Source: Nostoc punctiforme PCC 73102 (lineage in GTDB: Bacteria > Cyanobacteriota > Cyanobacteriia > Cyanobacteriales > Nostocaceae). From it: a stretch of 32,000 bases of DNA. The stretch lies in the NCBI RefSeq assembly GCF_000020025.1, contig NC_010628.1, positions 150,001 to 182,000 of the forward strand, given 5' to 3'. The notes beneath the pieces are model-generated. The model did not search any database and had not been told where the DNA came from. It worked only from the letters and a program-made list of their open reading frames with translations. A program made the position numbers and the translations under genes. Shown piece by piece: positions 17,729 to 27,208 of this stretch (positions are counted from its first letter, which is position 1; the number at the start of each line of letters is the position of its first letter).

Positions 17729-18577
17729 TAGGGTGTTGACTTTGGGTGTTTTGAGATGATATTTCTTCATACATAATATATGTCTCAAAATCTCCCCAAA
17801 AAATTGGTGGTTAATGAAAGAATTAAAAAGTTCGTCCAGCCGATTAGTTCGTCTGTTTAAACAAAGTCGAGAGAATTGGAAAGAAACAGCACTTGAAAGA
17901 CAACAAAAGTTAAGAGCGCTAGAAATAAAAATTAGGGATTTATCGCTTTCACGGGAGAATTGGAAAAAGCGTGCCATGAAAGCAGAAAAAGAATTACGTA
18001 TTATAAGCACCAACTCAGCTGATGCACAAAAAAAGGGGAAGAAGTTTCCGAAAAAATAGAGACACTGAAAGCTGTTGGGCATCATTACAACATTCAAATA
18101 ATACAAAAAGCAGTACAACAAACAGTTGATTCTGGAAGTAGCTTACGAGGAGTTGAGAAAAACCTGAAGTTTGACGCATCAGAGTCGGAAATTTCTACTC
18201 CGCATTTTAGTAGTGTAAGGAATTGGTTAGGACGAATTGGGTTGTACGAGCTTCAAAGAATAAAAGAATATCGAACTGATTGGGTTTTTATTATTGACCT
18301 AACATTTTGGTAAATACAAACATTTTTCTTCTAGATGTCCTTTCAAACAGATAGGTCAGATGATTCTAAATATTTCTTTATCTACTATGAATTTTACTGG
18401 TCTGATGGTTAAGGAGGCATTAGAAACTGTTCGCTATCTTGACCTTAAGGCTTGGTCATCTCAAGTTTTTGGTCAGTCCACACTCTCAAAAAGAAAAATT
18501 GTATTTTCGACCTCAATTGACGACACAGTAATTGTATGAAGTTTTTTTAGCAATTTCCCTACAAAGTCAACACCCTA
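17729..18577 (+). mobile_element. Internally deleted (non-autonomous) IS element with 16-bp perfect terminal inverted repeats and a 9-bp target-site duplication
   Basis: Left terminal repeat 'tagggtgttgactttg' (17729-17744) is the exact reverse complement of 'caaagtcaacacccta' (18562-18577). 'gctaaaagc' flanks both ends (17720-17728 and 18578-18586). Confidence 0.8.
17814..18313 (+). pseudogene. N-terminal fragment of a DDE transposase, split by a -1 frame change at an A6 run
   Basis: Coiled-coil 'SRENWKETALERQQKLRALEIKIRDLSLSRENWKKRAMKAEKEL' (17814-18059). It continues in the -1 frame from 18056 as '...GHHYNIQIIQ...VRNWLGRIGLYELQRIKEYRTDWVFIIDLTFW*'. A 50-codon ORF at 18387-18539 near the right end may be the C-terminal remnant. 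Confidence 0.6.
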
Positions 18578-18888
18578 GCTAAAAGCGTAGCTTGCAACTC
18601 TTACAGAGTAAGCGGACGGGTTAATGCTGCGCTAATAAAATTAAAGACACTGCCCCCTGCCACTCTTCCAAATTACTTACTCCTAGAGGTAGACTAATCG
18701 TTCGGGTTCCCGCCTTAATAGTGCCTACGCGAACGTGTTCACCATTTGTCACAATAAGAAAACGGTTACATCACTTCCAGAAACTTGTTGGCAAAAAAAT
18801 CAGCCTCAGTTGCAAGTCGTGGATGACGACGGTTGCAAGCAATGGAGATACACTGCCATAAATAGCAAGCATCTGGAATGAGTAGACA

Positions 18889-19638
18889 ATGATGGATGAA
18901 AATAAACAGATAAACAATACTAGCCAGCAATTGGGTGAACCAACAGAGGTAAAGCAAGCAATGAAGAGTGACTCTCCAGCCCAAATTAATTTCAATGAAT
19001 CTGGTAGCGAGGTGACAGAGCAAGTGTCAGCCCAAACTAATGTATCGGGAGATGCAGCTACTTTCAATCCAGAAACTGGTGTTGCTGCAACCGAGAACAC
19101 TGGAGTGGAAACGGCAGCTTTGGCAGAACTGACTCAACAAATTGAGTCTCTCAAAACGCAACTAGAAGAACGTAGTACTCAATATATGCGGATTGCTGCT
19201 GATTTTGAGAATTACCGGAAACGTACTAGCAAAGAAAAAGAAGAGCTAGAGACGCTGATGAAGCGGAACACGATTCTAGAATTGCTGCCAGTGGTCGATA
19301 ATTTTGAGCGGGCGCGATCGCACCTCAAACCTCAATCTGATGGCGAAATGACCATGCACAAAAGTTACCAAGGCGTTTACAAACAATTAGTAGATAGCCT
19401 GAAGCGGTTGGGTGTGTCACCAATGCGTCCTGAAGGCCAAGAATTTGATCCTAACCTGCACGAAGCAGTAATGCGGGAACCTACGGATGAACATCCTGAA
19501 GGAACAGTGTTAGAAGAGTTAGTGCGCGGATATTACTTGGGCGAACGTGTGCTACGCCATGCAATGGTCAAAGTAGCTGCTCCAAAGGAAGATACACCTT
19601 CTACGGAGGAAGATCAGTCGAGTCCAGCCAACAGTTAA
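18889..19638 (+). CDS. grpE: Nucleotide exchange factor GrpE
   Basis: '[12 protein letters not shown]', '[11 protein letters not shown]' and '[16 protein letters not shown]'. Long acidic low-complexity N-terminus. Confidence 0.9.
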   Translation: MMDENKQINNTSQQLGEPTEVKQAMKSDSPAQINFNESGSEVTEQVSAQTNVSGDAATFNPETGVAATENTGVETAALAELTQQIESLKTQLEERSTQYMRIAADFENYRKRTSKEKEELETLMKRNTILELLPVVDNFERARSHLKPQSDGEMTMHKSYQGVYKQLVDSLKRLGVSPMRPEGQEFDPNLHEAVMREPTDEHPEGTVLEELVRGYYLGERVLRHAMVKVAAPKEDTPSTEEDQSSPANS

Positions 19639-19864
19639 GCTGTAGTCGCTCGTCTCGCTGACTAAAAGTGCCTGGGTTCTAGCAAGGACGAGCATCGCGT
19701 ACCTAAAACTTGGACAAGGCTTTGGATAACTCTCTGTGTTTCAACTTCCTCTTGCTACCAGCAAAATGGGTTCCACAGACGTTATCCGCTAGCCTTAGTT
19801 CGGAGGTAAAAAGTTATTCCGCGACAGATTACAGCAGAAAGACTCAGTAAAATTACTGGCGACT

Positions 19865-21823
19865 ATGGGAAAAGTTATTGGAATCGACTTAGGCACTACT
19901 AACAGTTGCGTCGCAGTTTTGGAGGGCGGTCAACCACTGGTGATCTCCAATTCTGAAGGTGGACGAACTACTCCAAGTATTGTGGGATTTGGCAAGAGTG
20001 GCGATCGCTTGGTTGGTCAATTGGCAAAGCGCCAAGCCGTAACCAATGCCGAAAACACAATTTACAGTATTAAACGATTTATCGGGCGGCGTTGGGAAGA
20101 CACTGACACAGAACGCGAACGTGTACCCTACAACTGTGTCAAAGGTCGAGACGATACCGTTGATGTCCAAATTCGCTCAAAAAACTACACACCACAAGAA
20201 CTATCCGCCATGATCCTGCAAAAGCTGAAGCAGGATGCGGAAAACTTTTTGGGTGAAGAAGTCACTCAGGCAGTGATCACCGTACCTGCATATTTTACAG
20301 ATGCTCAAAGACAAGCTACTAAAGATGCTGGCACAATTGCCGGATTAGAAGTTCTGCGAATCATCAATGAACCAACAGCTGCGGCTTTAGCTTTTGGATT
20401 GGAAAAGCAAGACCAAGAGCAACTAATTTTAGTATTTGACTTAGGAGGCGGTACTTTTGACGTATCGATCCTGCAACTTGGGGATGGCGTTTTTGAAGTT
20501 AAGGCTACTTGTGGTAATAACCACTTAGGTGGAGACGACTTTGATAATGCGATCGTGCGTTGGCTGATGGAACGCTTCCAGCAACAAGAGAAAATCGACC
20601 TTTCCCAAGATAAGATGGCACTGCAACGCCTACGGGAAGCAGCAGAAAAGGCCAAAATTGAACTCTCCAGCATGGTGAATACTTCCGTCAATCTGCCGTT
20701 CATCACATCTGATGAGACCGGCCCAAAGCATCTAGAAATGGAGTTCAGCCGCTCTAAATTTGAGGAACTGGCAGGGAAATTAATTGAAGGTACTATCGAA
20801 CCAATGATCCAAGCACTCAAAGATGCGGATCTGAAACCATCAGCCATAGATCGGATTATTTTAGTAGGTGGTTCTACCCGAATTCCCGCAGTCCAAAACG
20901 CGCTGATTAAGTTTTTCAATGGCAAAGCTCCCGATCGCTCTATCAACCCTGACGAAGCGGTAGCATTGGGAGCAGCTATCCAAGCAGGGGTCTTGGGTGG
21001 GGAAGTCGATAATCTTTTATTGTTGGATGTCACCCCCCTGTCTCTGGGAATTGAAACCTTGGGTGAAGTATTCACCAAGATTATTGAACGCAACACCACA
21101 ATTCCTACTAGTAAGTCACAAATTTTTTCCACAGCAGTTGATGGACAAACCTCGGTAGAAATTCACATTCTCCAAGGTGAACGGGCAATGTCACGGGATA
21201 ACAAGAGTCTTGGCAAGTTTCTTCTAGCAGGCATTCCCCCATCGCCCCGTGGTGTGCCGCAAATTGAAGTATCTTTTGAAATTGATGTCAACGGTATCTT
21301 GAAGGTTTCTGCCCAAGACAAAGGCACAGGTAGAGAACAGAGTATCAGGATTACCAATACAGGTGGCTTGAGTACTAACGAAGTCGAACGGATGCGCCAA
21401 GAGGCCGAACTGTTTTCTGAAGAAGATAGAAGACGTAAAGAACTGGTTGAACTCAAAAACCAAGCAGATAATCTGTTGTTCAGTTACGAATCTACCATCA
21501 AGGATAATAGCAACTTTATCGGCGAGCAGATGAAGACTTTGGCTAGTGAAAAAGTTTCACAACTCCAAGCTGCAATGATTGACTCCAGCATCTCGACTGT
21601 GGAATTTAAGCAGCGCTTAGACGAGTTCCAACAAACACTGTTTGCAATTGGTGCTGATGTCTATAACCGAGCTAACAGCCAAACAGATGAGATTGAGGAG
21701 GCTTCAGCTAGTCTTTTTACCCCAGAAGTAGACTCACCAATGAACGGTACACTAATACCACAATTCAACTTTGATTTTGACGAAGAAAGTACCGCACAGG
21801 TTGATTATGAGGCGATAGATTAG
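19865..21823 (+). CDS. dnaK: Hsp70 chaperone DnaK
   Basis: '[14 protein letters not shown]', '[14 protein letters not shown]' and '[13 protein letters not shown]'. The grpE-adjacent position suggests the DnaK1-type paralogue; this is inferred from synteny only. Confidence 0.97.
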   Translation: MGKVIGIDLGTTNSCVAVLEGGQPLVISNSEGGRTTPSIVGFGKSGDRLVGQLAKRQAVTNAENTIYSIKRFIGRRWEDTDTERERVPYNCVKGRDDTVDVQIRSKNYTPQELSAMILQKLKQDAENFLGEEVTQAVITVPAYFTDAQRQATKDAGTIAGLEVLRIINEPTAAALAFGLEKQDQEQLILVFDLGGGTFDVSILQLGDGVFEVKATCGNNHLGGDDFDNAIVRWLMERFQQQEKIDLSQDKMALQRLREAAEKAKIELSSMVNTSVNLPFITSDETGPKHLEMEFSRSKFEELAGKLIEGTIEPMIQALKDADLKPSAIDRIILVGGSTRIPAVQNALIKFFNGKAPDRSINPDEAVALGAAIQAGVLGGEVDNLLLLDVTPLSLGIETLGEVFTKIIERNTTIPTSKSQIFSTAVDGQTSVEIHILQGERAMSRDNKSLGKFLLAGIPPSPRGVPQIEVSFEIDVNGILKVSAQDKGTGREQSIRITNTGGLSTNEVERMRQEAELFSEEDRRRKELVELKNQADNLLFSYESTIKDNSNFIGEQMKTLASEKVSQLQAAMIDSSISTVEFKQRLDEFQQTLFAIGADVYNRANSQTDEIEEASASLFTPEVDSPMNGTLIPQFNFDFDEESTAQVDYEAID

Positions 21824-21937
21824 GGATTGGGTAATGGGTAATGGGTAAAAAGGGGACAAGGTGACTTGAGTGAGAACTTACAACAAATCTTTCTCCTTGT
21901 CCCCAATTATCCTTGTCCCCTCTTCCCAATTCCCAAT
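21824..21937. repeat. STRR-type imperfect inverted repeat immediately after the dnaK stop
   Basis: 'gggattgggtaatgggtaatgggtaaaaaggggacaagg' (21824-21861) faces 'ccttgtccccaattatccttgtcccctcttcccaattcccaat' (21895-21937). A likely terminator or RNA-stability hairpin. Confidence 0.65.
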
Positions 21938-21989
21938 ATCCTAAGTTGCAGATTTTTATTAAGACATTTTAATATATCTAATATTGATT

Positions 21990-22330
21990 GTAGGTTTAGC
22001 AAAGTTTCACAAGACCCCTGGGGTTTGCTAGATTGTAGAAGCAAATTACTGCTAGGCAAGTATCCCGATTCAGATGCGATCCAAAGCATAAGGGTGGTTT
22101 TCCACACCCAATGGTGCGGCTAGCACCTCTGGTTAATGGGCGGGGTTTTCCTCTCCTACGTAGCACAATTGTAAAAGAGACAACCGACTCGGCAGTGATG
22201 AAGTCTGAGCAGCGGCTTCCCCTGATCGTAACTTCTATAGCTTTTGTCGTCTCCCACGAGGAAAGCACCTGTTGCTCAAGATTTGTCGGTGATTTTTGTA
22301 AAAGGTAAAGGGTAAAATCAGTTATTAACA
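21990..22330. other. Unassigned G+C-rich, hairpin-dense block in the dnaK-dnaJ spacer (candidate structured RNA or gene relic)
   Basis: Local hairpins at 21997-22030, 22092-22109 and 22113-22127. Helix 'gagac..gac'/'gtc.gtctc' at about 22178-22252. All six frames carry stops or implausible peptides. Confidence 0.25.
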
Positions 22331-22499
22331 AAAATTAATTTTACTTTCTGCCTAACCTCCGGCAAATCGCCCTTTAAAGGATAGTGTGTTGCTCTTACAT
22401 ATTCTGTAAAGCAAAACGCCTTACCGTAAAGTAGCAAGTGACCGTGAGTGACGTTCTGCTGACTTCTGCTTTCTTCCTTCTAACTTTTACCTTTGCTAT

Positions 22500-23627
22500 A
22501 TGGCCCGCGACTATTATGAAATCCTGGGTGTCTCTCGTGACACCGACAAAGAAGAACTCAAGCAAGCTTATCGCCGTTTAGCCCGGAAGTATCACCCAGA
22601 TGTGAACAAAGAGCCGGGGGCGGAGGATCGCTTTAAAGAAATTAACCGCGCTTATGAGGTACTCTCGGAACCAGAAACCCGCGCTCGTTACGATCGCTTT
22701 GGGCCAGAGGGTGTGTCAGGTGCTGGCGCTGGCTTCCAAGATGTCGGCGATATGGGTGGTTTTGCCGATATTTTTGAAAGCATTTTTAGTGGCTTTGCTG
22801 GCGGTATGGGTAGTCCCACGCAACAAAGACGGCGCAGTGGGCCTGCGAGGGGCGATGATCTGCGACTAGACTTGAAGTTAGACTTTCGAGAAGCGGTATT
22901 TGGTGGCGAAAAAGAAATTCGTATTTCACATTTAGAAAATTGTGAAGTCTGTAGCGGTTCTGGTGCTAAACCTGGAACCCGCCCCCGGACTTGTTCGACT
23001 TGTAGCGGATCGGGTCAAGTCCGTCGTGTCACTAGAACACCCTTTGGCAGTTTCACTCAAGTCTCGACTTGTCCCACCTGTAATGGAACAGGGATGGTAA
23101 TTGAAGACAAGTGTGATGCCTGTGATGGGAAGGGCGCAAATCAAGTTACCAAGAAACTCAAAATTACCATTCCAGCTGGGGTGGATAATGGCACTCGCTT
23201 GCGGATTTCTAGTGAAGGAGATGCTGGTCAACGTGGTGGTCCTTCTGGGGATTTGTACGTTTACTTGTTCGTAAATGAGGACGAAGAATTCCAACGAGAT
23301 GGCATTAATATTCTCTCGGAAATCAAAATTAGCTACCTGCAAGCGATTTTAGGTTGTCGGTTAGAGGTAGATACGGTAGATGGCCCTGTAGAACTAATTA
23401 TTCCAGCCGGAACTCAGCCAAATACCGTGATGAAGCTGGAAAATCGCGGCGTACCCCGTTTGGGTAATCCCGTCAGTCGTGGGGATCACATGCTGAACGT
23501 ATTAATTGATATTCCCAACAAAGTCACCCCAGAGGAGAGGGAACTGTTGGAGAAGCTGGCTAAAATTAAGGGAGATCGGACTGGAAAAGGCGGTCTAGAA
23601 GGATTTTTGGGAAATTTATTTAAGTAA
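22500..23627 (+). CDS. dnaJ: Co-chaperone DnaJ (type I)
   Basis: J-domain with 'HPDVNK', a G/F-rich region, and four CxxCxGxG motifs ([32 protein letters not shown]). Confidence 0.97.
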   Translation: MARDYYEILGVSRDTDKEELKQAYRRLARKYHPDVNKEPGAEDRFKEINRAYEVLSEPETRARYDRFGPEGVSGAGAGFQDVGDMGGFADIFESIFSGFAGGMGSPTQQRRRSGPARGDDLRLDLKLDFREAVFGGEKEIRISHLENCEVCSGSGAKPGTRPRTCSTCSGSGQVRRVTRTPFGSFTQVSTCPTCNGTGMVIEDKCDACDGKGANQVTKKLKITIPAGVDNGTRLRISSEGDAGQRGGPSGDLYVYLFVNEDEEFQRDGINILSEIKISYLQAILGCRLEVDTVDGPVELIIPAGTQPNTVMKLENRGVPRLGNPVSRGDHMLNVLIDIPNKVTPEERELLEKLAKIKGDRTGKGGLEGFLGNLFK

Positions 23628-23884
23628 TGATGCCCTCTTCTCTTTTAACTCCCGATGCTCAACTTGATTTACGCGGCACCCCTTGCCCAATTAATTTTGT
23701 ACGGACAAAACTGCGTCTGGAAAAAATGCCATTGGGAGGTTTGCTAGAAGTCTGGCTAGACCCAGGTGAGCCGATTGAGCAGGTTCCCGATAGCCTGACT
23801 ATGGCAGGTTATGTGGTGGAACAAATTACAGACTGTAGTAATTATTTTTCCCTGTTAGTGCGTCGTCCAGTTGCTGTCCAATGA
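23627..23884 (+). CDS. TusA/SirA-family sulfurtransferase-like protein
   Basis: 'LDLRGTPCPINFVRTKLRLEKM' matches the TusA 'LD..G..CP.P' motif. Its start overlaps the dnaJ stop (TAATG) and its stop overlaps the rsgA start (ATGA). Confidence 0.8.
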   Translation: MMPSSLLTPDAQLDLRGTPCPINFVRTKLRLEKMPLGGLLEVWLDPGEPIEQVPDSLTMAGYVVEQITDCSNYFSLLVRRPVAVQ

Positions 23885-24981
23885 CAGGGGAAAATTTTGC
23901 TGAAACTGGACAGTTATTGGGTACGGTGCTTGCTGTACAGGCTAATTTTTACCGAGTACAGCTGGATCAAGAGCAGGGGGAGATGAGGGAGATGGGGGAT
24001 CAAGATTCTCATCTTCCTTATCCCCCTCTCCTCCTCTGTACTCGCCGAACACGGCTGAAAAAAATCGGACAACAGGTGATGGTAGGCGATCGCGTTGTGG
24101 TTGAAGAACCAGATTGGGCTGGAGGACGGGGAGCGATCGCTGATGTCCTACCCCGTCACAGCGAATTAGATCGTCCAGCGATCGCCAATGTCAACCAAAT
24201 TTTATTGGTATTTGCCGTTGCCGATCCACCTTTGGAACCTTATCAACTGAGTCGGTTTCTAATTAAGGCTGAGTCTACTGGCTTGGATGTGCTTTTATGT
24301 TTGAATAAAAGTGATTTAATTTCAGAGTCAGAACAGCAAAAAGTTAGCGATCGCCTCCTTGGTTGGGGCTATCAACCAATATTTATCAGCGTCAAGGATG
24401 GTATAAATACTGACCAATCAGGCAGATATTTAAGCAATAAAATTACGGTAATTGCTGGGCCTTCTGGGGTGGGTAAATCCAGCCTGATTAATACACTAAT
24501 TGACTCTGCGAAGCTGCGAGTAGGAGAAGTTTCTGGCAAACTAGCTCGTGGTCGTCATACTACTCGCCATATAGAATTATTTGAGTTGCCTAGCGGTGGA
24601 ATGCTTGCAGACACTCCCGGCTTTAATCAGCCGGACATGGATTGCATCCCAGAAGAATTAATCCATTATTTCCCAGAAGCAAGAAAACGGTTAGCAGTTG
24701 CTAGCTGTCGGTTTAGTGATTGTCTGCACCGAGACGAACCTGAGTGTGTGGTGCGGGGAGACTGGGAGCGATATGAACATTATTTAGAATTTTTGGATGC
24801 TGCGATCGCTCATCAAACTCAGCTGCACCAACAAGCCGATCCTGAATCCACCATGAAGTTAAAAAGCAAAGGCAAAGGGCAGAGTCAATACGAACCCAAG
24901 CTAGAAAGTAAAAAATATCGCCGAATTTCCCGCAAGACTCAGTTACAGGACTTACAGGAATTATATCGGGATGAAGAATAA
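23881..24981 (+). CDS. rsgA: Ribosome small-subunit-dependent GTPase A (RsgA/YjeQ)
   Basis: Circularly permuted GTPase: 'LNKSDL' precedes 'GPSGVGKSSLIN'. 'DTPGF' is present, as is the C-terminal zinc motif 'CRFSDCLHRDEPEC'. Confidence 0.9.
   Translation: MTGENFAETGQLLGTVLAVQANFYRVQLDQEQGEMREMGDQDSHLPYPPLLLCTRRTRLKKIGQQVMVGDRVVVEEPDWAGGRGAIADVLPRHSELDRPAIANVNQILLVFAVADPPLEPYQLSRFLIKAESTGLDVLLCLNKSDLISESEQQKVSDRLLGWGYQPIFISVKDGINTDQSGRYLSNKITVIAGPSGVGKSSLINTLIDSAKLRVGEVSGKLARGRHTTRHIELFELPSGGMLADTPGFNQPDMDCIPEELIHYFPEARKRLAVASCRFSDCLHRDEPECVVRGDWERYEHYLEFLDAAIAHQTQLHQQADPESTMKLKSKGKGQSQYEPKLESKKYRRISRKTQLQDLQELYRDEE
23976..24034. repeat. Purine-rich/pyrimidine-rich imperfect inverted repeat embedded in frame in rsgA
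   Basis: 'gggggagatgagggagatggggga' (23976-23999) faces 'tctcatcttccttatccccctctcctcc' (24007-34). The 12-mer 'atgagggagatg' recurs, reverse-complemented, in the pilC-pilT spacer at about 14297-14320. Confidence 0.55.
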
Positions 24982-24984
24982 GGA

Positions 24985-25017
24985 GTGCGATGTCTACGAC
25001 GGGCTACGCCTACGCAC
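24985..25017. repeat. Small dispersed repeat (copy 1), intergenic, directly after the rsgA stop
   Basis: 'gtgcgatgtctacgacgggctacgcctacgcac'. Positions 24987-25017 are the reverse complement of 29372-29402 with one mismatch. Confidence 0.8.
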
Positions 25018-25500
25018 TTCTATATAAAGGTTTGTTGCCAGAGCATGGATATAAAGAGAAAAACTGTCTTTTCTAGTGAATTACGTTTGTTCAATCCGGA
25101 ATAAGAAGCAAACTCTGGGTTAAATAAGTCGGCGATAAAATTCAATTTATATGAAGAAATATAAATTTTAAGTAGGAATAGGGTGTGTTATGCAGTATGT
25201 TAACGCACCTTGAATGGTTGACGGTGAATTAGCTGAAAAATTGGCAGAACCCTTACAAGTCGCAGACATTTGAACCTGAGTAAATATTTTTAGTACAGGA
25301 TTATACAATAAACAAATAAGCAGATTTGACAACTAATTAACAACAAAAGGCGGTGGAGGCACAACAATGTTGTACCCCCACAAAAACTGTATTTAACTCA
25401 ATTGAAAACTATTTTTACGATCCCCATAAAGTCTTAAAATATTGTTAATTTCAGCCAAACCTCTCGACCTTCAACTTACAAGTATCACCCCAAAATCACT

Positions 25501-27090
25501 ATGTCTATCGGCTACGTCGCGCTTGTACTCCACGCACATCTGCCCTTCGTTCGTCACCCGGAAAGTGACTACGTGCTGGAGGAAGAATGGCTCTATGAAG
25601 CCATCACAGAAACCTACATTCCATTATTGAAAGTATTTGAAGGCTTAAAGCGAGACGGTATCGACTTTAAAATCACGATGAGCATGACACCTCCTCTGGT
25701 GTCAATGCTCCGCGATCCTCTGCTTCAAGAACGCTATGAAGCACACTTAGCCCAACTAGAAGAACTTATAGCGCTAGAAGCAGAACATAATGTCAACAAC
25801 GGGCATCTTCGTTATTTAGCCGAACATTACGCTACTGAGTTTAGCGAAGCGCGTCAGCTATGGGAACGTTACGACGGTGACTTGGTGACAGCTTTTAAAG
25901 GGTTCCAAGACAGTAACAACCTGGAAATCATCACTTGCGGCGCTACCCACGGCTATTTACCGTTGATGAAAATGTATCCAGAGGCGGTATGGGCGCAAAT
26001 TCAGGTAGCCTGCGAACATTATGAGCAAACCTTTGAACAAGCACCCAGAGGCATTTGGTTGCCGGAATGTGCCTACTATGAAGGTTTAGAGCGGATGCTA
26101 GCCGATGCTGGGTTACGCTACTTCCTCACTGATGGGCATGGCATTCTTTATGCCCGCCCCCGGCCGCGCTTTGGTACTTATGCCCCAATTTATACAGAAA
26201 CTGGTGTTGCTGTCTTTGGTCGAGATCATGAATCCTCCCAACAAGTATGGTCTTCTGAGGTAGGCTATCCTGGGGCGGCGGAATATCGAGAATTTTACAA
26301 AGATTTGGGCTGGGAAGCAGAATATGAGTACATCAAGCCCTACATTATGCCCAATGGTCAACGTAAAAATACGGGCATTAAGTATCACAAAATTACAGGT
26401 CGTGGCTTAGGGCTGTCAGATAAAGCACTCTACGATCCGTATTGGGCTAGGGAAAAGGCAGCAGAACACGCTGATAACTTTATGTATAACCGAGAGCGGC
26501 AATCTGAGCATCTCTATGGTATAATGCAGCGCCCGCCAATTATCGTTTCACCTTATGACGCAGAGTTATTTGGACACTGGTGGTATGAAGGCCCCTGGTT
26601 CATCGATTACCTATTCCGCAAGTCGTGGTATGACCAAAAAACGTATCAAATGACGCATTTAGCAGACTATTTGCGAGATCAGCCAACGCAGCAAGTCTGT
26701 CGCCCTTCGCAGTCGAGTTGGGGTTTCAAGGGTTTCCACGAGTATTGGTTGAATGAAACGAATGCGTGGATTTATCCGCATTTGCACAAAGCTGCTGAAC
26801 GGATGATTGAAATCTCTCATTTGGAACCAGAGGATGAATTGCAGTGGAAAGCGCTTAACCAAGCGGCGCGGGAACTGCTGTTAGCACAATCTTCGGACTG
26901 GGCATTTATTATGCGGACGGGAACAATGGTACCCTATGCAATTAGACGGACGCGATCGCACCTGATGCGGTTCAATAAGCTCTACGAAGACGTGAAAATC
27001 GGCAAAGTTGATAGTGGTTGGTTAGAAAAAGTCGAGTTAATGGATAATATCTTCCCTGAAATCAACTATCGCGTCTACCGTCCGTTATAG
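25501..27090 (+). CDS. Glycoside hydrolase family 57 protein, 1,4-alpha-glucan branching-enzyme type
   Basis: 'ALVLHAHLPFVRHPE', 'GCGATHGYLPL' and 'WLPECAY'. A length of about 530 aa is typical of GH57 branching enzymes. Confidence 0.85.
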   Translation: MSIGYVALVLHAHLPFVRHPESDYVLEEEWLYEAITETYIPLLKVFEGLKRDGIDFKITMSMTPPLVSMLRDPLLQERYEAHLAQLEELIALEAEHNVNNGHLRYLAEHYATEFSEARQLWERYDGDLVTAFKGFQDSNNLEIITCGATHGYLPLMKMYPEAVWAQIQVACEHYEQTFEQAPRGIWLPECAYYEGLERMLADAGLRYFLTDGHGILYARPRPRFGTYAPIYTETGVAVFGRDHESSQQVWSSEVGYPGAAEYREFYKDLGWEAEYEYIKPYIMPNGQRKNTGIKYHKITGRGLGLSDKALYDPYWAREKAAEHADNFMYNRERQSEHLYGIMQRPPIIVSPYDAELFGHWWYEGPWFIDYLFRKSWYDQKTYQMTHLADYLRDQPTQQVCRPSQSSWGFKGFHEYWLNETNAWIYPHLHKAAERMIEISHLEPEDELQWKALNQAARELLLAQSSDWAFIMRTGTMVPYAIRRTRSHLMRFNKLYEDVKIGKVDSGWLEKVELMDNIFPEINYRVYRPL

Positions 27091-27117
27091 TCTTCACAAA
27101 AAGTAATCAACAGCAGT

Positions 27118-27138
27118 AAGGTGGGCATTGCTCACCTT
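27118..27138 (+). terminator. Hairpin downstream of the GH57 gene
   Basis: 8-bp stem 'aaggtggg'/'ctcacctt' (one G-U pair) with a 5-nt loop, followed by 'atatt'. Confidence 0.45.
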
Positions 27139-27208
27139 ATATTAGTAGCGAGGAGCGTTTATTTAAACAACAACAGAGCAAGCCTTAACCTGTGTAAGGG
27201 TTTGTAAA

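Noticed and set aside
17711-18121. 136-aa minus-strand ORF across the IS left end
   Set aside because: It runs antisense to the recognisable transposase fragment and crosses the terminal inverted repeat and the target duplication. It is AT-rich and Phe/Leu-rich, so it is most likely spurious.
18766-19100. Minus-strand ORFs of 85 and 109 aa overlapping the grpE start
   Set aside because: They are antisense to the GrpE N-terminal low-complexity region. The peptides are hydrophobic and Cys-rich with no motif, so they are likely shadow ORFs.
18587-19864. Search for CIRCE (TTAGCACTC-N9-GAGTGCTAA) or other heat-shock operators upstream of grpE, dnaK and dnaJ
   Set aside because: I found no CIRCE-like inverted repeat by eye in any of the three upstream regions, so no operator is annotated.
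20305-21132. 275-aa ORF antisense to dnaK, plus shorter antisense ORFs at 19889-20170, 21163-21456 and 21224-21463
   Set aside because: It lies entirely within a strongly supported dnaK CDS. The peptide is Ser/Arg/Pro-rich low complexity, typical of the reverse frame of a highly expressed gene, and shows no motif.
22194-22235. C/D-box or K-turn-like 'GUGAUGA...CUGA', and a TPP-riboswitch-like 'CUGAG...CCUGAUC'
   Set aside because: Only short core words match. The required flanking helices are not evident, as is the rest of the TPP consensus (the P4/P5 'UGG-AUAAU-CCA..GCG.AGGGA' part). The genomic context, upstream of dnaJ, does not fit a thiamine riboswitch.
21866-22331. ORFs of 85, 66, 111 and 65 aa in the dnaK-dnaJ spacer
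   Set aside because: They overlap one another on both strands. Their Cys/Arg-rich sequences are not protein-like and they have no ribosome-binding context. The region is better treated as non-coding (see the finding at 21990-22330).
25090-25100. TCCGGA (DIF1-like heterocyst promoter motif) about 400 nt upstream of the GH57 gene; it also occurs inside the MITE at about 28448
   Set aside because: A palindromic hexamer is expected several times by chance in 32 kb, and there is no supporting -10 element or transcription-start evidence.
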